Origin: Planctomycetota bacterium
GTDB lineage: Bacteria; Planctomycetota; JAJSAM01; JAJVHW01
Reading direction: 5' to 3'
NCBI GenBank assembly: GCA_965248445.1
Contig: CBDFJG010000003.1
Span: 1,728,001-1,792,000, forward strand
DNA: 64,000 nt
Under the pieces are notes generated by a model. That model was not told the origin of the DNA and did not search any database. It saw only the letters and a list, made by a program, of their open reading frames with translations. The translations under genes were made by a program, and so were the position numbers. Shown here in pieces: positions 51,473 to 64,000 of this stretch (its first letter is position 1; the number at the start of each line of letters is the position of its first letter).

Positions 51473-52933
51473 ATGTGCGGCGTAATTGGGGTCATCGGTA
51501 ACGGTCCGGTGATCGGCGAGATTGTCGACGCTCTGCTGTTTATCCAGCACCGCGGCCAGGACGCGGCGGGCGCGGCCACGTTCGACGGCAAGACGTTCCG
51601 CCAAACCAAGCGGATGGGGCTCGTGCGCGAGGCCTTCGCGGACGAGGACCTGACGCGCTTCACGGGGAACGTCGGCATCGGCCACGTGCGCTACCCGACG
51701 GTGGGGCTCGGCGGCGTCGAGGACGCCCAGCCGTTCTCCGTCAACAGCCCGTTCGGGATCACGATGGCCCACAACGGGAACCTCACGAACTTTCGTGCGC
51801 TCCGCGACGAGCTCCAGATCGACTGCCACCGGCACGTCGGATCGGCGTGCGACGTCGAGGTCATCCTGAACGTCTTCGCCGATGAGCTCACGCGGCTGGT
51901 CGATGCGGCCCGGTCACCGATGCCCGGGGCGATCTTCGAGGCCGTCGCCGGCACGCTCAAGCGCTGCCGTGGGTCCTACTCCGTCGTCTCCGTCATCGCG
52001 GGGCACGGACTCCTCGCCTTCCGCGACCCGTACGGCATCAAGCCGCTGATCTACGGGCGCAAGAAGGACGGTGACGGCTGGCGCTACATGTTCGCCTCCG
52101 AGAGCTGCGCGCTCGTGTCGCTCGGCTACGAGGTGGTGCGCGACGTGGAGCCCGGCGAGGCGATCCTCGTGCGCGAGGGGGAAGAGCCGATCTCGAAGCG
52201 CGTGGCCGACAACCGCCACCACCTCTGCATCTTCGAGTTCATCTACTTCGCCCGGCCCGACTCGATGATCGACGGCGTCAGTGTCTACAAGGCGCGCATG
52301 CGGCTCGGCGAGGCGCTCGCCAAGCGTTTTCGTGATCGCGGCACGGAGGTCGACACCGTCATCCCCGTGCCGGACTCCTCCCGCCCCGCGGCGCAGCAGA
52401 TGGCCTACAAGCTCGGCAAGCCGTTCCGCGAGGGGCTCCTCAAGAACCGCTACATCGGTCGCACGTTCATCATGGCGGGCAACGCGAACAGGAAGCGCGG
52501 TATCCGGTTCAAGCTCTCCCCGCTGCGCCTCGAGCTCGAGGACAAGAAGGTGCTGCTCGTGGACGACTCGATCGTTCGAGGCAACACGGCGGAGCAGATC
52601 ATCCGCATGGTGCGCGACACCGGTGCGACCGAGGTGCACATGGCGTCCTCGTGCCCGCCGCTGCGACACCCGTGCGTGTACGGCATCGACATGAGCACGC
52701 GCAGCGAGTTCGTCGCCACCGGCAAGGACGAGGACGAGATCTGTGAGAGCATCGGCGCGGACTCCCTGCTCTACCAGTCGATCGACGACATGCTGGCTGC
52801 AGTCATCCCGCCGGACGAGACCGAGCCACGCACGTTCTGCAAGGCGTGCATGGACGGCAACTACCCGACCGGCGACGTGACGCAGGAAGTCATCGACGAG
52901 ATCGAGGCCGAGCGACTCGGCGCCTCCGGCTGA
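51473..52933 (+). CDS. purF: Amidophosphoribosyltransferase
   Basis: MCGVIG (Ntn Cys), QHRGQDAAG, GHVRYPT, AHNGNL, CIFEFIYFARPDS, VDDSIVRGNT. Confidence 0.97.
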   Translation: MCGVIGVIGNGPVIGEIVDALLFIQHRGQDAAGAATFDGKTFRQTKRMGLVREAFADEDLTRFTGNVGIGHVRYPTVGLGGVEDAQPFSVNSPFGITMAHNGNLTNFRALRDELQIDCHRHVGSACDVEVILNVFADELTRLVDAARSPMPGAIFEAVAGTLKRCRGSYSVVSVIAGHGLLAFRDPYGIKPLIYGRKKDGDGWRYMFASESCALVSLGYEVVRDVEPGEAILVREGEEPISKRVADNRHHLCIFEFIYFARPDSMIDGVSVYKARMRLGEALAKRFRDRGTEVDTVIPVPDSSRPAAQQMAYKLGKPFREGLLKNRYIGRTFIMAGNANRKRGIRFKLSPLRLELEDKKVLLVDDSIVRGNTAEQIIRMVRDTGATEVHMASSCPPLRHPCVYGIDMSTRSEFVATGKDEDEICESIGADSLLYQSIDDMLAAVIPPDETEPRTFCKACMDGNYPTGDVTQEVIDEIEAERLGASG

Positions 52934-53078
52934 CGGCCGGGCACGGCGCGCCGACTCCCAATCGTCCATTGACGGTATGCACGGGTTACACCAGACGGAA
53001 CGATTCCGGATACGCTGACGCGTCTCGGCACTCGAAGAGCGATGGCGATATGCAAGCGTTGAGTGATACGCTCCGCAA

Positions 53079-54380
53079 ATGGGGGAGCGAGTGCGAACGA
53101 CGGAAACCGAAGGTCCGCGGCACAGGGCCGCAGTCGCGCGATTGCTCCTGCCTTGGTTGCTGTGCAGTTTGGTGGCCGGCGCGTGCAGGAGCCCCGACAC
53201 CGACACGTATGCCGTAGTGCCGCCGCCGCCCACTATCGTTCCGCAACCACAGGGCGATGCCTCGGCTGGCGGCCCCTTCGTGGTCGCCGAGAACGGCGAC
53301 CACGTCGTGGTCCAGGTCTTCTACGGCACGGATCGCAAGCCCACGTTCGACGGCACGGATCCCAAGCGCAGAGGCAGCCTCCGCCCGGCTGAGAACTACA
53401 GCCCGGCTGAGTACTACAGCGGCGAGATTCGCGGCGACGACGAGATCGAGTACGGAGAGTGTCGCGTCAGCATTCCTGAGTCGCATGAGAGGGGCGAGGT
53501 CGAGGAACTCTCGTGGTGGCAGAAGGCGGCTCGGAAGCGGTGGGCTCTGGCGCACTTGATCTGGAAGACCGGGCCCGGGAAGCATGTAGCCCTACTGAGC
53601 GTTGATCCCCTCTCGGAGACAGCCATGCTTGCTCAGATGGAACGTCGTCTCCGCGAGTCGGACGACAAGTCCCTGCTCGTCTTCATTCACGGATACAACA
53701 ACACGTTCGAGGACGCCGCCCGCAGGACGGCCCAGATCGCGTACGACGTCGATTTCCCGGGCGTCGTCGCCATGTACAGCTGGCCCTCGAACGGACAACT
53801 CTTGGGGTACAGCGCCGATGAAGACGAGATCGATCTGACCTGGCCGCACCTGAAGGAGTTCCTGGCGACGCTGGTGGACAGCAACCAGTTCCACCAGGTT
53901 CACGTCATCGCGCACAGCATGGGCAATCGTGCGCTCTCGATGGCCCTGAAGGAGTTGGCCGAAGAGCGACCGGAGGAGAAGATGTTCGATCAGGTCGTGC
54001 TCGCCGCGCCCGACATCAATGTGCGCGTGTTCGAACGGGACGCTAAGGCGATCGCGGAGCCTGCGAAGCACGTGACGCTGTACGTCTCACCCGACGACAA
54101 GTCCCTGATGGGCTCTCACATCCTCCACGGTAAGTACCCCCGTGTCCGAACGGAAATCGTCGTCAAGCCTCCCATCAAGACCGTTGACGCATCGGCGGTC
54201 GCCGGTGGCGCACTCTCGTTTGGCCACTCGTACATCGGCAACAGCCCACGGCTTCTCGAGGATCTTGCCGCGGTCCTCAGGGGCCGGGTGAAGTTCGAGT
54301 GGCGCGCCAAGCTGCAGAAGGCGGCGGGTGTCTACTGGCGGTTACGCGAGGCTGTCGCTACGACGCCGGCAGCCCGATGA
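53079..54380 (+). CDS. DUF900-type alpha/beta hydrolase (putative lipoprotein)
   Basis: VFYGTDR, FIHGYNN.F, YSWPS, AHSMGNR, LAAPDI, HSY; lipobox-like VAGAC. Confidence 0.85.
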   Translation: MGERVRTTETEGPRHRAAVARLLLPWLLCSLVAGACRSPDTDTYAVVPPPPTIVPQPQGDASAGGPFVVAENGDHVVVQVFYGTDRKPTFDGTDPKRRGSLRPAENYSPAEYYSGEIRGDDEIEYGECRVSIPESHERGEVEELSWWQKAARKRWALAHLIWKTGPGKHVALLSVDPLSETAMLAQMERRLRESDDKSLLVFIHGYNNTFEDAARRTAQIAYDVDFPGVVAMYSWPSNGQLLGYSADEDEIDLTWPHLKEFLATLVDSNQFHQVHVIAHSMGNRALSMALKELAEERPEEKMFDQVVLAAPDINVRVFERDAKAIAEPAKHVTLYVSPDDKSLMGSHILHGKYPRVRTEIVVKPPIKTVDASAVAGGALSFGHSYIGNSPRLLEDLAAVLRGRVKFEWRAKLQKAAGVYWRLREAVATTPAAR

Positions 54381-55083
54381 TGAACCCGCCGACACCCGCG
54401 TCGGCGTAGTCGGATTCCTGCGAGGCGTCAGCAAGCGCCACCCACGCGAACGCGGCGCGCCGGGCGAGGTGGGGCACGAGGTCGTTGCGCACGCGTTCCG
54501 GTGAGAACGCACGCGCGTCCACGATCAGGTCGTCCGCATCGCACGCTGCGCGGGCGAGGTTCGGGAAGCGGCGGGCCAGCGCGCCCTTCCAGCCGCCGCC
54601 CGACGGCTCGAGCCAGCGCGCGGAGGGGATCGGATTCGCGTCCGAGCGCAGGCGTCTCCCGATCCGCTGGTTCGGCACCGCCACGAGGTATCGGCGGCGC
54701 AGATTAGAGGTGTCCTCACCCTCCATGATGCCCAGCGCTCCCGCGAGCGCGTGGATCCCGGTCGTGTCGGTGAGGCGGACCACGAGACCGATGTTCGCCT
54801 TGTGTGCGGCGAGCATCGTCTCTTCGAGCGTCGCCGGCCGCTCGACGCACGGGCGCAACTCGGCGAGCGTCAGCTTCTCGATGCGGCGTTCCTCACCGTC
54901 GATGGTGACGGTGGGTCGGGGGTGGGCGACCAGCCAGTCGTCCTTCGTCGCGTGGGTCCACACGAGGACTCGGTCGTAACCCTGTTCCGCTGCGCGCGTC
55001 GCAAGGGCCGGCCCCTGGGCTGGGACGGACGCTGGTGCGGTGACGTAGTCCGCGACGCGCACGGGGCGGTCGGGCGCGCTCAC
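54358..55083 (-). CDS. Degenerate glycerophosphodiester phosphodiesterase-like protein
   Basis: GYDRVLVWTHATKDDWLVAH...IEKLTLAEL...PATLEE resembles the GDPD pattern GADxxExDVxxTKDG..HD...LTLAEL..PTLEE; GTG overlaps the upstream stop. Confidence 0.55.
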   Translation of the reverse strand: MSAPDRPVRVADYVTAPASVPAQGPALATRAAEQGYDRVLVWTHATKDDWLVAHPRPTVTIDGEERRIEKLTLAELRPCVERPATLEETMLAAHKANIGLVVRLTDTTGIHALAGALGIMEGEDTSNLRRRYLVAVPNQRIGRRLRSDANPIPSARWLEPSGGGWKGALARRFPNLARAACDADDLIVDARAFSPERVRNDLVPHLARRAAFAWVALADASQESDYADAGVGGFIIGLPAS

Positions 55084-55928
55084 GGCGCGACGTCGGTCCG
55101 CTGCGCGTCGACCTCGGAGAGCCACGGGCCGAGCGCGTCGAGGCAGGCGTCCGGGTTCGACAGGGCGGGCAGGTGTCCCGCCGTATCCAGCTGGATGATG
55201 CGTGCGCGCGGCATGCGCGCGAGCGTGCGCGCAGCGGCCCGCGGGATGGCCTCGTCGCGGCCGCCGTGCACGACCAGCGCGGGCACGTCGATTTCGCCGA
55301 GCCGCTTGCGGACGTCGAAGCGACGCAGCGCGCGGATCAGCTGCGATCCCCACGCCTTCGTGCGGTGCTGCATCTGGAGCCGCAGCGATTCGTTGGTCGG
55401 GCTGCCGCGCGGGCCGTCCATGCGGCGGGGAACCATGACGCCCGGGAGCCAGGTCTTGTAGCGGCGAGCCGGAACAAGGCCGTGGGTCCACGCAGCCAGG
55501 CGCACACCGCGCGAGACCTCCTTCCACGCCGCCGTGGAGCCGAACAGGATGAGCCCGGCCACGCGCTCCGGCATGTGCAGCGCCGCCAGCAGGGCGAGCA
55601 TGCCGCCCATGGACGCGCCGCCGACCACGATGCGGCCGGCGCAACCCGCCCGCTCCGCATCGCGTAGCGCGCGCTCGGCCAGCGGCAACAGCCCGTCGCC
55701 GGGAGGGAGGCGGTTGGGCGGACTCCAGAACACCGTCCGTCGTCCGGCGGCCAGGCGGGAGAGCGGCGCGAACGAGCGCCCGTCCAGGCCGAAACCCGGC
55801 ATCAGGAAAACCGGGGTGCCCGCTCCGTGCGGTCCGCGTGCCACGAACACCGATGCGGTCTCCTCGGCCAGGGCGTCCGCTCCCTCGGGAAACGTACGCG
55901 AGACGAGATCGGCGCCCAGGGCGGTCAT
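55080..55928 (-). CDS. Alpha/beta fold hydrolase
   Basis: GASMGG nucleophile elbow, VHGGRD, AGH. Confidence 0.88.
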   Translation of the reverse strand: MTALGADLVSRTFPEGADALAEETASVFVARGPHGAGTPVFLMPGFGLDGRSFAPLSRLAAGRRTVFWSPPNRLPPGDGLLPLAERALRDAERAGCAGRIVVGGASMGGMLALLAALHMPERVAGLILFGSTAAWKEVSRGVRLAAWTHGLVPARRYKTWLPGVMVPRRMDGPRGSPTNESLRLQMQHRTKAWGSQLIRALRRFDVRKRLGEIDVPALVVHGGRDEAIPRAAARTLARMPRARIIQLDTAGHLPALSNPDACLDALGPWLSEVDAQRTDVAP

Positions 55929-55976
55929 GCGCGGAGGTTACGAGCGGGGCCCGTCAGGGCGGGCTACAACCGGCGG

Positions 55977-57014
55977 GTGCGCACGTCGGACCTCGACTAC
56001 GACCTGCCCTCCGAGCTGATCGCTCAGGAACCGGCGCTGCGACGCGACGATGCGCGACTGCTCGTGCTCGGGCGGGCGGGCGGGTCCGTCTCTCACCACG
56101 GCGTACGGGATCTCCCGGCACTGCTTCAGCCCGGAGACCTGCTGATCATGAACGACGCGCGTGTGCTGCAAGCGCGGCTCCACGGTCGTCGGCACACCGG
56201 TGGGAGGGTCGAGTTCCTCCTGCTCGCCGAGGCCGACGGGGGCGAGTGGCGGGCGATCGTCAAGTGCGGCGGTTCGCTCTCCGACGGGGAGCGCGTGGCG
56301 GTGGGGGAGGACGAACTCGAACTCGTCGCGGTGGAGGATGGCGGACGCTGGCGCGTTCGCGCGCGCGGCGGCGATATGTCTGCGGTCATGGAACGGAACG
56401 GCAAGCTGCCGCTCCCGCCCTATATCCGTCGGGAGGTCGAGGACCCGCGGGACGGCCTTGACGCGGAGCGCTATCAGACGGTGTTCGCGGCAACGCTCGG
56501 CGCGGTCGCCGCACCTACGGCGGGACTGCACCTCTCGACCGATCTGCTGGCCGCAATTCGCGAGCAGCGCATCAAGACCGCGCACGTGACGCTGCACGTC
56601 GGCGAGGGCACGTTCCTGCCGGTCCGCACGGACGACCTCGACGCACATGAGATGCACGAGGAGCGCTACTCGATTCCCGCGTCCACCGTCGTTGCCGTGC
56701 GCGCGGCATGGGCCGACGGGCGGCGGATCGTCGCGGTGGGGACCACGACCGTCCGCGCACTCGAGGGGGTCGCGCAGGCAGCCGGTGACGCGTTGCTGCT
56801 GCCCGGAGACGGCCGCACGTCGCTCTTCATCAGGCCCGGATTCCCGTTCCGTGTCGTTGACGCCTTGATCACGAACTTCCATTTGCCGAAGTCGACGCTT
56901 CTCGCCCTGGTGAGCGCATTGGCAGGGCGCGAGCGGGTCCTCGCGGCGTACGAGGAGGCAGTGCGCGAGCGCTACCGCTTCTACTCGTACGGCGACGCGA
57001 TGTTCATCGCGTAG
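55977..57014 (+). CDS. queA: S-adenosylmethionine:tRNA ribosyltransferase-isomerase
   Basis: DYDLPSELIAQEP, PLPPYI, YQTVFA, AAPTAGLH, TLHVG.GTF, VGTT, TNFHLPKSTL, YRFYSYGDAM. Confidence 0.97.
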   Translation: MRTSDLDYDLPSELIAQEPALRRDDARLLVLGRAGGSVSHHGVRDLPALLQPGDLLIMNDARVLQARLHGRRHTGGRVEFLLLAEADGGEWRAIVKCGGSLSDGERVAVGEDELELVAVEDGGRWRVRARGGDMSAVMERNGKLPLPPYIRREVEDPRDGLDAERYQTVFAATLGAVAAPTAGLHLSTDLLAAIREQRIKTAHVTLHVGEGTFLPVRTDDLDAHEMHEERYSIPASTVVAVRAAWADGRRIVAVGTTTVRALEGVAQAAGDALLLPGDGRTSLFIRPGFPFRVVDALITNFHLPKSTLLALVSALAGRERVLAAYEEAVRERYRFYSYGDAMFIA

Positions 57015-59954
<2,940 letters not shown>

Positions 59955-59971
<17 letters not shown>

Positions 59972-60632
59972 GCGCGTCGATCAAGTCTCTCGCGGCGCGC
60001 GCCGGATCGTATGCGCCGGTGACGGCCGCGCACACGGCGACGCGCGCGAACCCGGCCGCTGCGACGTCGGTGATGTTCTCGGTGGTGATTCCGCCGATCG
60101 CGTAGGCGGGCACGGCGGCGGCCTCCGCGCGCATGCCCAGCGGCGCGAGTCCGTCCGGAGAACCCACCGGCACCGCGCGTCCCTTCGACTCGGTCGGGAA
60201 CATGGCCCCGACGCCCACGTAGTCCGCGCCGGCGCCGAGTGCGGCCGTGAGTTCGTCGACGTCGTGTGTCGATACCCCTACTAGCGCAGCGGAGCCGAGC
60301 ACGTCCCGCGCATCGGCGACGCTCCCGTCCTCCTGGCCCAGGTGAACGCCGTCCGCTCCGGCGTCGCGCGCGAGGTCCGGCCGGTCGTTGATGACGAGGA
60401 GTGCACCGTGACGGTGGCAGAGCGGCAGCAGCTCCGACGCGAGCGCGAGGATGCGATCGTCCGATGCCTCCTTCTCACGGAGCTGGATCACGTCTGCCCC
60501 ACCCGCGAGTGCCGCCCGCACCACCGGTACGAGTGCCCGCCCGGGGACGGCCTCCGAGACCAGCACCTGCAGGCGCGTGGCAGCGAGGCGTGCGCGGCGC
60601 GCTGCGCGGGTCGGATACGGAGCCTGGCTCAT
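59955..60632 (-). CDS. thiE: Thiamine-phosphate synthase
   Basis: IQLREK, INDRPD, DGVHLGQED, GVSTH, DYVGVGAMFPTESK, AIGGI. Confidence 0.93.
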
Positions 60633-60726
60633 CGCAGCGATCGTACGCTTTCCCCGGGGAGTGGTAGATTCGCAGCGGATCGACCCCAATCCAAAGCCAG
60701 CGGAGCCGGGATCGCCGGAGACCGTC

Positions 60727-61632
60727 ATGCGCCCCATCAAGACTCTGGTCTGCCTCTCGTTCGTCGCCGTGCTGGCGGCGGGCGCCGCCGCCGACGAGGT
60801 GCGCCTCGTCAACGGCAACGTCGTCGAGGGCCGCGCCAAGCGCGTCGGCGACACGGTCGTGGTCGTGACCACCGCGGGCGAGGTCAAGCTCCCCGCCAAG
60901 GACGTCGCGTCGATCGTCCCCGGCCGCAGCCTGGTGGACGACTACGACGACCGGGTCGCGGCCCTTGCAACGGGCGGCAAGAATGACGGCGCAGCGGATC
61001 ACCTGGCACTGGCTGCGTGGTGCCGCCAGAACAAGCTCAAGTCGAAGTCGAGGCAGCACCTCAAGAAGGTGCTCGCGTTCGATCCGGACCACGCCGAGGC
61101 GCGCAAGTTGCTCGGCTACATCCGCTATGACGAACAGTGGATGACCGAGGTCGAGTACTACGAGGCGCGCGGGTTCGTCCTGGAGAAGGGCAAGTGGGTC
61201 AACCGCGAGACCGTGCGCCGCGTCAAGTACGAGAAGGACGCGAAGGCAGCGCAGAAGGCGCACCTGGCCAAGATCAACGACTGCGTCAAGCGCATGGGCT
61301 CGCCCCTGCGCAAGCCGCGTCTGCTCGCGAAGCTCGAGCTCCAGGAGTATGCCGAGGGCCGTAGCGACCTGCGCCTCGCCGCGTTCGCGAGCAAGGTGGC
61401 CGACCACTACAACGGTCAATGGCGCGAGGTCCGGCGCATCCTCTCCCGCGGCACCGCCCTGACCGAGGTGCGCGCCACGATGACCAAACTCAAGCGCCCC
61501 ATCCCCGTCATCCAGACCAGCCTCGGCGCCGGCTCGACCCCCGTGCGCATCCAGACCCCCGAGCTCGCGATCGTGTCGGTCAAGACCACCGCCCTGATCC
61601 CGCTGAACATCGAGCTCGACGAAGATCCGTAA
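60727..61632 (+). CDS. Exported hypothetical protein
   Basis: Signal peptide, DEVRLVNG..VEG, LALAAWC...DPDHAEARKLLGY...GFV...GKWV. Confidence 0.8.
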   Translation: MRPIKTLVCLSFVAVLAAGAAADEVRLVNGNVVEGRAKRVGDTVVVVTTAGEVKLPAKDVASIVPGRSLVDDYDDRVAALATGGKNDGAADHLALAAWCRQNKLKSKSRQHLKKVLAFDPDHAEARKLLGYIRYDEQWMTEVEYYEARGFVLEKGKWVNRETVRRVKYEKDAKAAQKAHLAKINDCVKRMGSPLRKPRLLAKLELQEYAEGRSDLRLAAFASKVADHYNGQWREVRRILSRGTALTEVRATMTKLKRPIPVIQTSLGAGSTPVRIQTPELAIVSVKTTALIPLNIELDEDP

Positions 61633-61840
61633 GCGAGCGGCGCGCTGAGCGCCGAGAGCGCACGCCGGCGGCCCAAGTCCGCGTGTCAGCGGACGAGGGA
61701 GCAGAAGCCGTAAACAACGGCTTCGGCAGCGGGATGTAGCGAGCGGCGCGCTGAGCGCCGAGAGCGCACGCCCGCGGCCCCAGTCCGCTTGTCAGCGGAC
61801 GAGGGAGCAGAAGCCGTAAACAACGGCTTCGGCAGCGGGA
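61632..61840. repeat. Two tandem copies (106-bp period) of a REP-like element with internal hairpins
   Basis: 61632-61734 and 61738-61840 are nearly identical; each holds GTCCGC-N6-GCGGAC and GAAGCCGT-AAACA-ACGGCTTC stems. Confidence 0.9.
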
Positions 61841-61847
61841 GGGGCCG

Positions 61848-61884
61848 TCCGTCACGCGGATCGCGCCGCGATCCGCGTGACGGA
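61848..61884. repeat. Perfect 18-bp inverted repeat (REP-like or terminator-like hairpin)
   Basis: TCCGTCACGCGGATCGCG-C-CGCGATCCGCGTGACGGA. Confidence 0.85.
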
Positions 61885-62029
61885 GGCTTGCGTCGTGTCT
61901 CCCTCCTACGCGGTCTCCGACCGCTACGGAGGAGGTTGGTCACGCCGCTTGCTCCGCAACCGACGCGCCCTCCCGATTCGCGCCTCGTCAGTGAGCCCGG
62001 TGCAAGGACGGGGCGACGCCCCGTCCGCG

Positions 62030-63529
62030 GTAACCGTTCACCCCTTGACAGCGTGTGAGCCTCAGCGTGCGACGGGCAGCGGGACCATGACGGGCGGGTC
62101 GGCGCCGGTGAGGTGCGCGGCGACCGAGTCGGCGAGGAAGTCGAAGACTTGGTCGCCACGGCGTCGCAGCGTGGCCGCGGCGGTCAACACGCGCTCGGCG
62201 AAGCGGAGTCCGCGAGCGGACTGGCTTCCGAAGGAGCCCTTGCGCCAGAGCACCGCTTTGCGGACCGCGCGCTCGGCGGCGTTGTTCGTCGGACTCACGT
62301 CCTGGGTCCGCGCATAGGTGAAGAGGGCGACCACGCGGGGGCGCAGATGGTTGGCCAGAGCCGAGTCGTCGTTCGCGATCAGTCGCTCGAGCCGTCCGCG
62401 CAGCACAGCGGCTTCGCCTTGCAGCCGGTCACGGTCGCCGTGCTCACCGAAGAGCCGGTAGCTGCGCATGACCGACTGCGCGATCATGACGCCCTTGTTG
62501 CCGAAGCGGCGATGTCCTCGCGGGCCTTCGGCCAGCGCACGGAAGGCGCGCTCGATGTGCGCCCAGCAGAGCTGGCGGCGGGCAAGTGGGTGTGACTCGT
62601 AGGCACCCATCCGGTCGCTGATCACCGTGCCACCGAAGCGCCGCCCGATCAGCCGCCCTTTCGCCTTGGCACTGCGGCGGCGATCGATCCCGAAGGCTGT
62701 GGCGTGCTCGCTCTCCGCCGCCCACAGCCAGCACACCCGGCCCCGTTCCTTCCACGACGTCTCGTCCACGTTGGCTCGCAGCGACGTGCGGACTGCCCCG
62801 AGGGCTTCGAGGTACGACGAGTGCAGAGCGTCACTGAGCCGACGCTCACAGTCGCTGATCTTGCCCAGCGACATCTTCACACCGAAAATCTCACCGAGCA
62901 GCCGCTGCGTCTCCCGCACGCTCACGCGGTACACGCCGCGCAGCGCGCCGGCAAGTGTGGTCAGCCGCGGACCGAAGGCCCCGGTCGGCACGCCATCGGG
63001 CAGGACCGCCGTCGTGACCGCACGACAGCGCCGGCACCGCGCCTTGTGCAGCCGGTGCTCCCGCACCGTGACGAGCACGCGCGGGAGCACCGTCACCTGG
63101 TGCCGGTACGGATCGCCGATGCCCTGCTCGAGATCGTCGTGTCCGCACGCGTCGCAGAGGTCGGGACGGTGCTCCTTGGTCTCATCGACGTTGGACGGAT
63201 CCACCAGCTCGCGCGCCGTGCCCTCATGGCCCGGCTGTCCGCCCTGCTTGCGACCGCTACGCGGCCTTCGGCCGCGACGGCGCTTGGACCACGCCGGGTC
63301 CGACGACGGAGGCCTCGAGCTGTTGCGGGAGTCACGCTTCAGACGCGACTCGAGCTCGTCGATGCGGCGCAGATGCTTCGCTTCGCGACGCTCCAGCTCC
63401 TCGATCCAGGCCAGAAGGCCCTCGACCATCGCCCGCAGATCCTCGTCCTGCCGCTCGCCCACAACCTCTTGATCGACCGATGGCCGAACGATCTGGATCC
63501 TGGCTCGCGACGAAGGGGTGAACGGTTAC
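62030..63529 (-). mobile_element. IS66-family insertion sequence, single-ORF (ISBst12-like) type
   Basis: Perfect 17-bp terminal inverted repeats GTAACCGTTCACCCCTT; 1500 bp; one transposase ORF. Confidence 0.92.
62062..63462 (-). CDS. IS66-family transposase
   Basis: SRNSSRPPSSD, GGQPGHEG, CDAC/CRRC zinc finger, NVDETSW, ISDR, QLCWAH..R, PTNNAAERAVR. Confidence 0.93.
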   Translation of the reverse strand: MGERQDEDLRAMVEGLLAWIEELERREAKHLRRIDELESRLKRDSRNSSRPPSSDPAWSKRRRGRRPRSGRKQGGQPGHEGTARELVDPSNVDETKEHRPDLCDACGHDDLEQGIGDPYRHQVTVLPRVLVTVREHRLHKARCRRCRAVTTAVLPDGVPTGAFGPRLTTLAGALRGVYRVSVRETQRLLGEIFGVKMSLGKISDCERRLSDALHSSYLEALGAVRTSLRANVDETSWKERGRVCWLWAAESEHATAFGIDRRRSAKAKGRLIGRRFGGTVISDRMGAYESHPLARRQLCWAHIERAFRALAEGPRGHRRFGNKGVMIAQSVMRSYRLFGEHGDRDRLQGEAAVLRGRLERLIANDDSALANHLRPRVVALFTYARTQDVSPTNNAAERAVRKAVLWRKGSFGSQSARGLRFAERVLTAAATLRRRGDQVFDFLADSVAAHLTGADPPVMVPLPVAR

Positions 63530-63981
63530 GGCCGAGGAAGACGAGCGTCGGCGTTGTGGGCGTGCTCCTGCGTGCGGTCGTCGTCGTCGGGTTGGTGGCG
63601 ACGGTCACTTGGCCCGAGCGCCAGCAGTCCATCGCGCTGCGTTTCCCGGACATCCAATGCGAGTCCCGCTGGTGCCCCGACCGCGACGGAGGGCCGCTCC
63701 GCGACGATGCGTGCCACCGCTCGCACTGGACGGGGCCGCACTGGGCGGTTCTTCGAGTGGAGAGCGGAGAACGCGACTGGTTCCCCGAAGGCGGCGACGC
63801 CCGTTCTCTGGCCTCGCGTCTGAGGCTGCCGGTTCAGCGGATGTACACGGTCCCTGGAAACGCCCGTCCCGGCCCGCCGCACGGGGACGACTTCTGCGAC
63901 CGCGAGTACTTGGTGTGGCGACGTTCGTGGTTGACGGCGACATGGGACCCCTTCATCGCTCATCCGGTGACTTCTCGCTGA
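63530..63981 (+). pseudogene. Possible hypothetical gene with its 5' end interrupted by the IS66 element
   Basis: Open frame right after the IS: RPRKTSVGVVGVLLRAVVVVGLVATVTWP... (TM-like) to TGA at 63981; a possible GTG start lies left of the IS at 61991. Confidence 0.35.
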
Positions 63982-64000
63982 GTGGCGCTTTGCCGGGCGT

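Noticed and set aside
61632..61840. Possible CRISPR array
   Set aside because: Only two units of ~103 bp with a 3-nt gap, no unique spacers, and no cas genes in the window.

Overview
This is very GC-rich bacterial chromosomal DNA. The gene content (TPR/HEAT/VWA exported proteins, a DUF4388 protein, a kinase-ATPase-TPR fusion, a PBP4) suggests a Planctomycetota-like organism, but that is an inference. Most of the window is housekeeping genes: XPB-like helicase and partner, suhB, dacB, galE, glyQ/glyS, aroA, purC/purE/mtnA, cysK, pilT, GDH, IDH, purF, queA, ligA and thiE. An accessory block at ~18.3-26.6 kb holds three IS elements stacked on CTAG sites (IS1380 / IS481 remnant / IS1380) and a phage-like remnant with divergent XRE-HTH genes and operator-like repeats. 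A single-ORF IS66-family element and REP-like repeats lie near the right end. The strongest hidden signal is two probable selenoprotein genes that the ORF track splits at an in-frame TGA. One is a deiodinase-like lipoprotein (GSYTUGPF). The other is an exported thioredoxin-fold protein with an unusual W-U-E-N-N site. In both, a 7-bp SECIS-like hairpin begins exactly 14 nt after the TGA. Several genes encode apparent pseudo-enzymes: a STAND NTPase without the Walker A Lys, a ketosynthase without its two His, a GDPD-like protein and a gluzincin-like domain. Several genes carry single-base frameshifts that may be sequencing errors. I found no rRNA, tRNA or CRISPR array.
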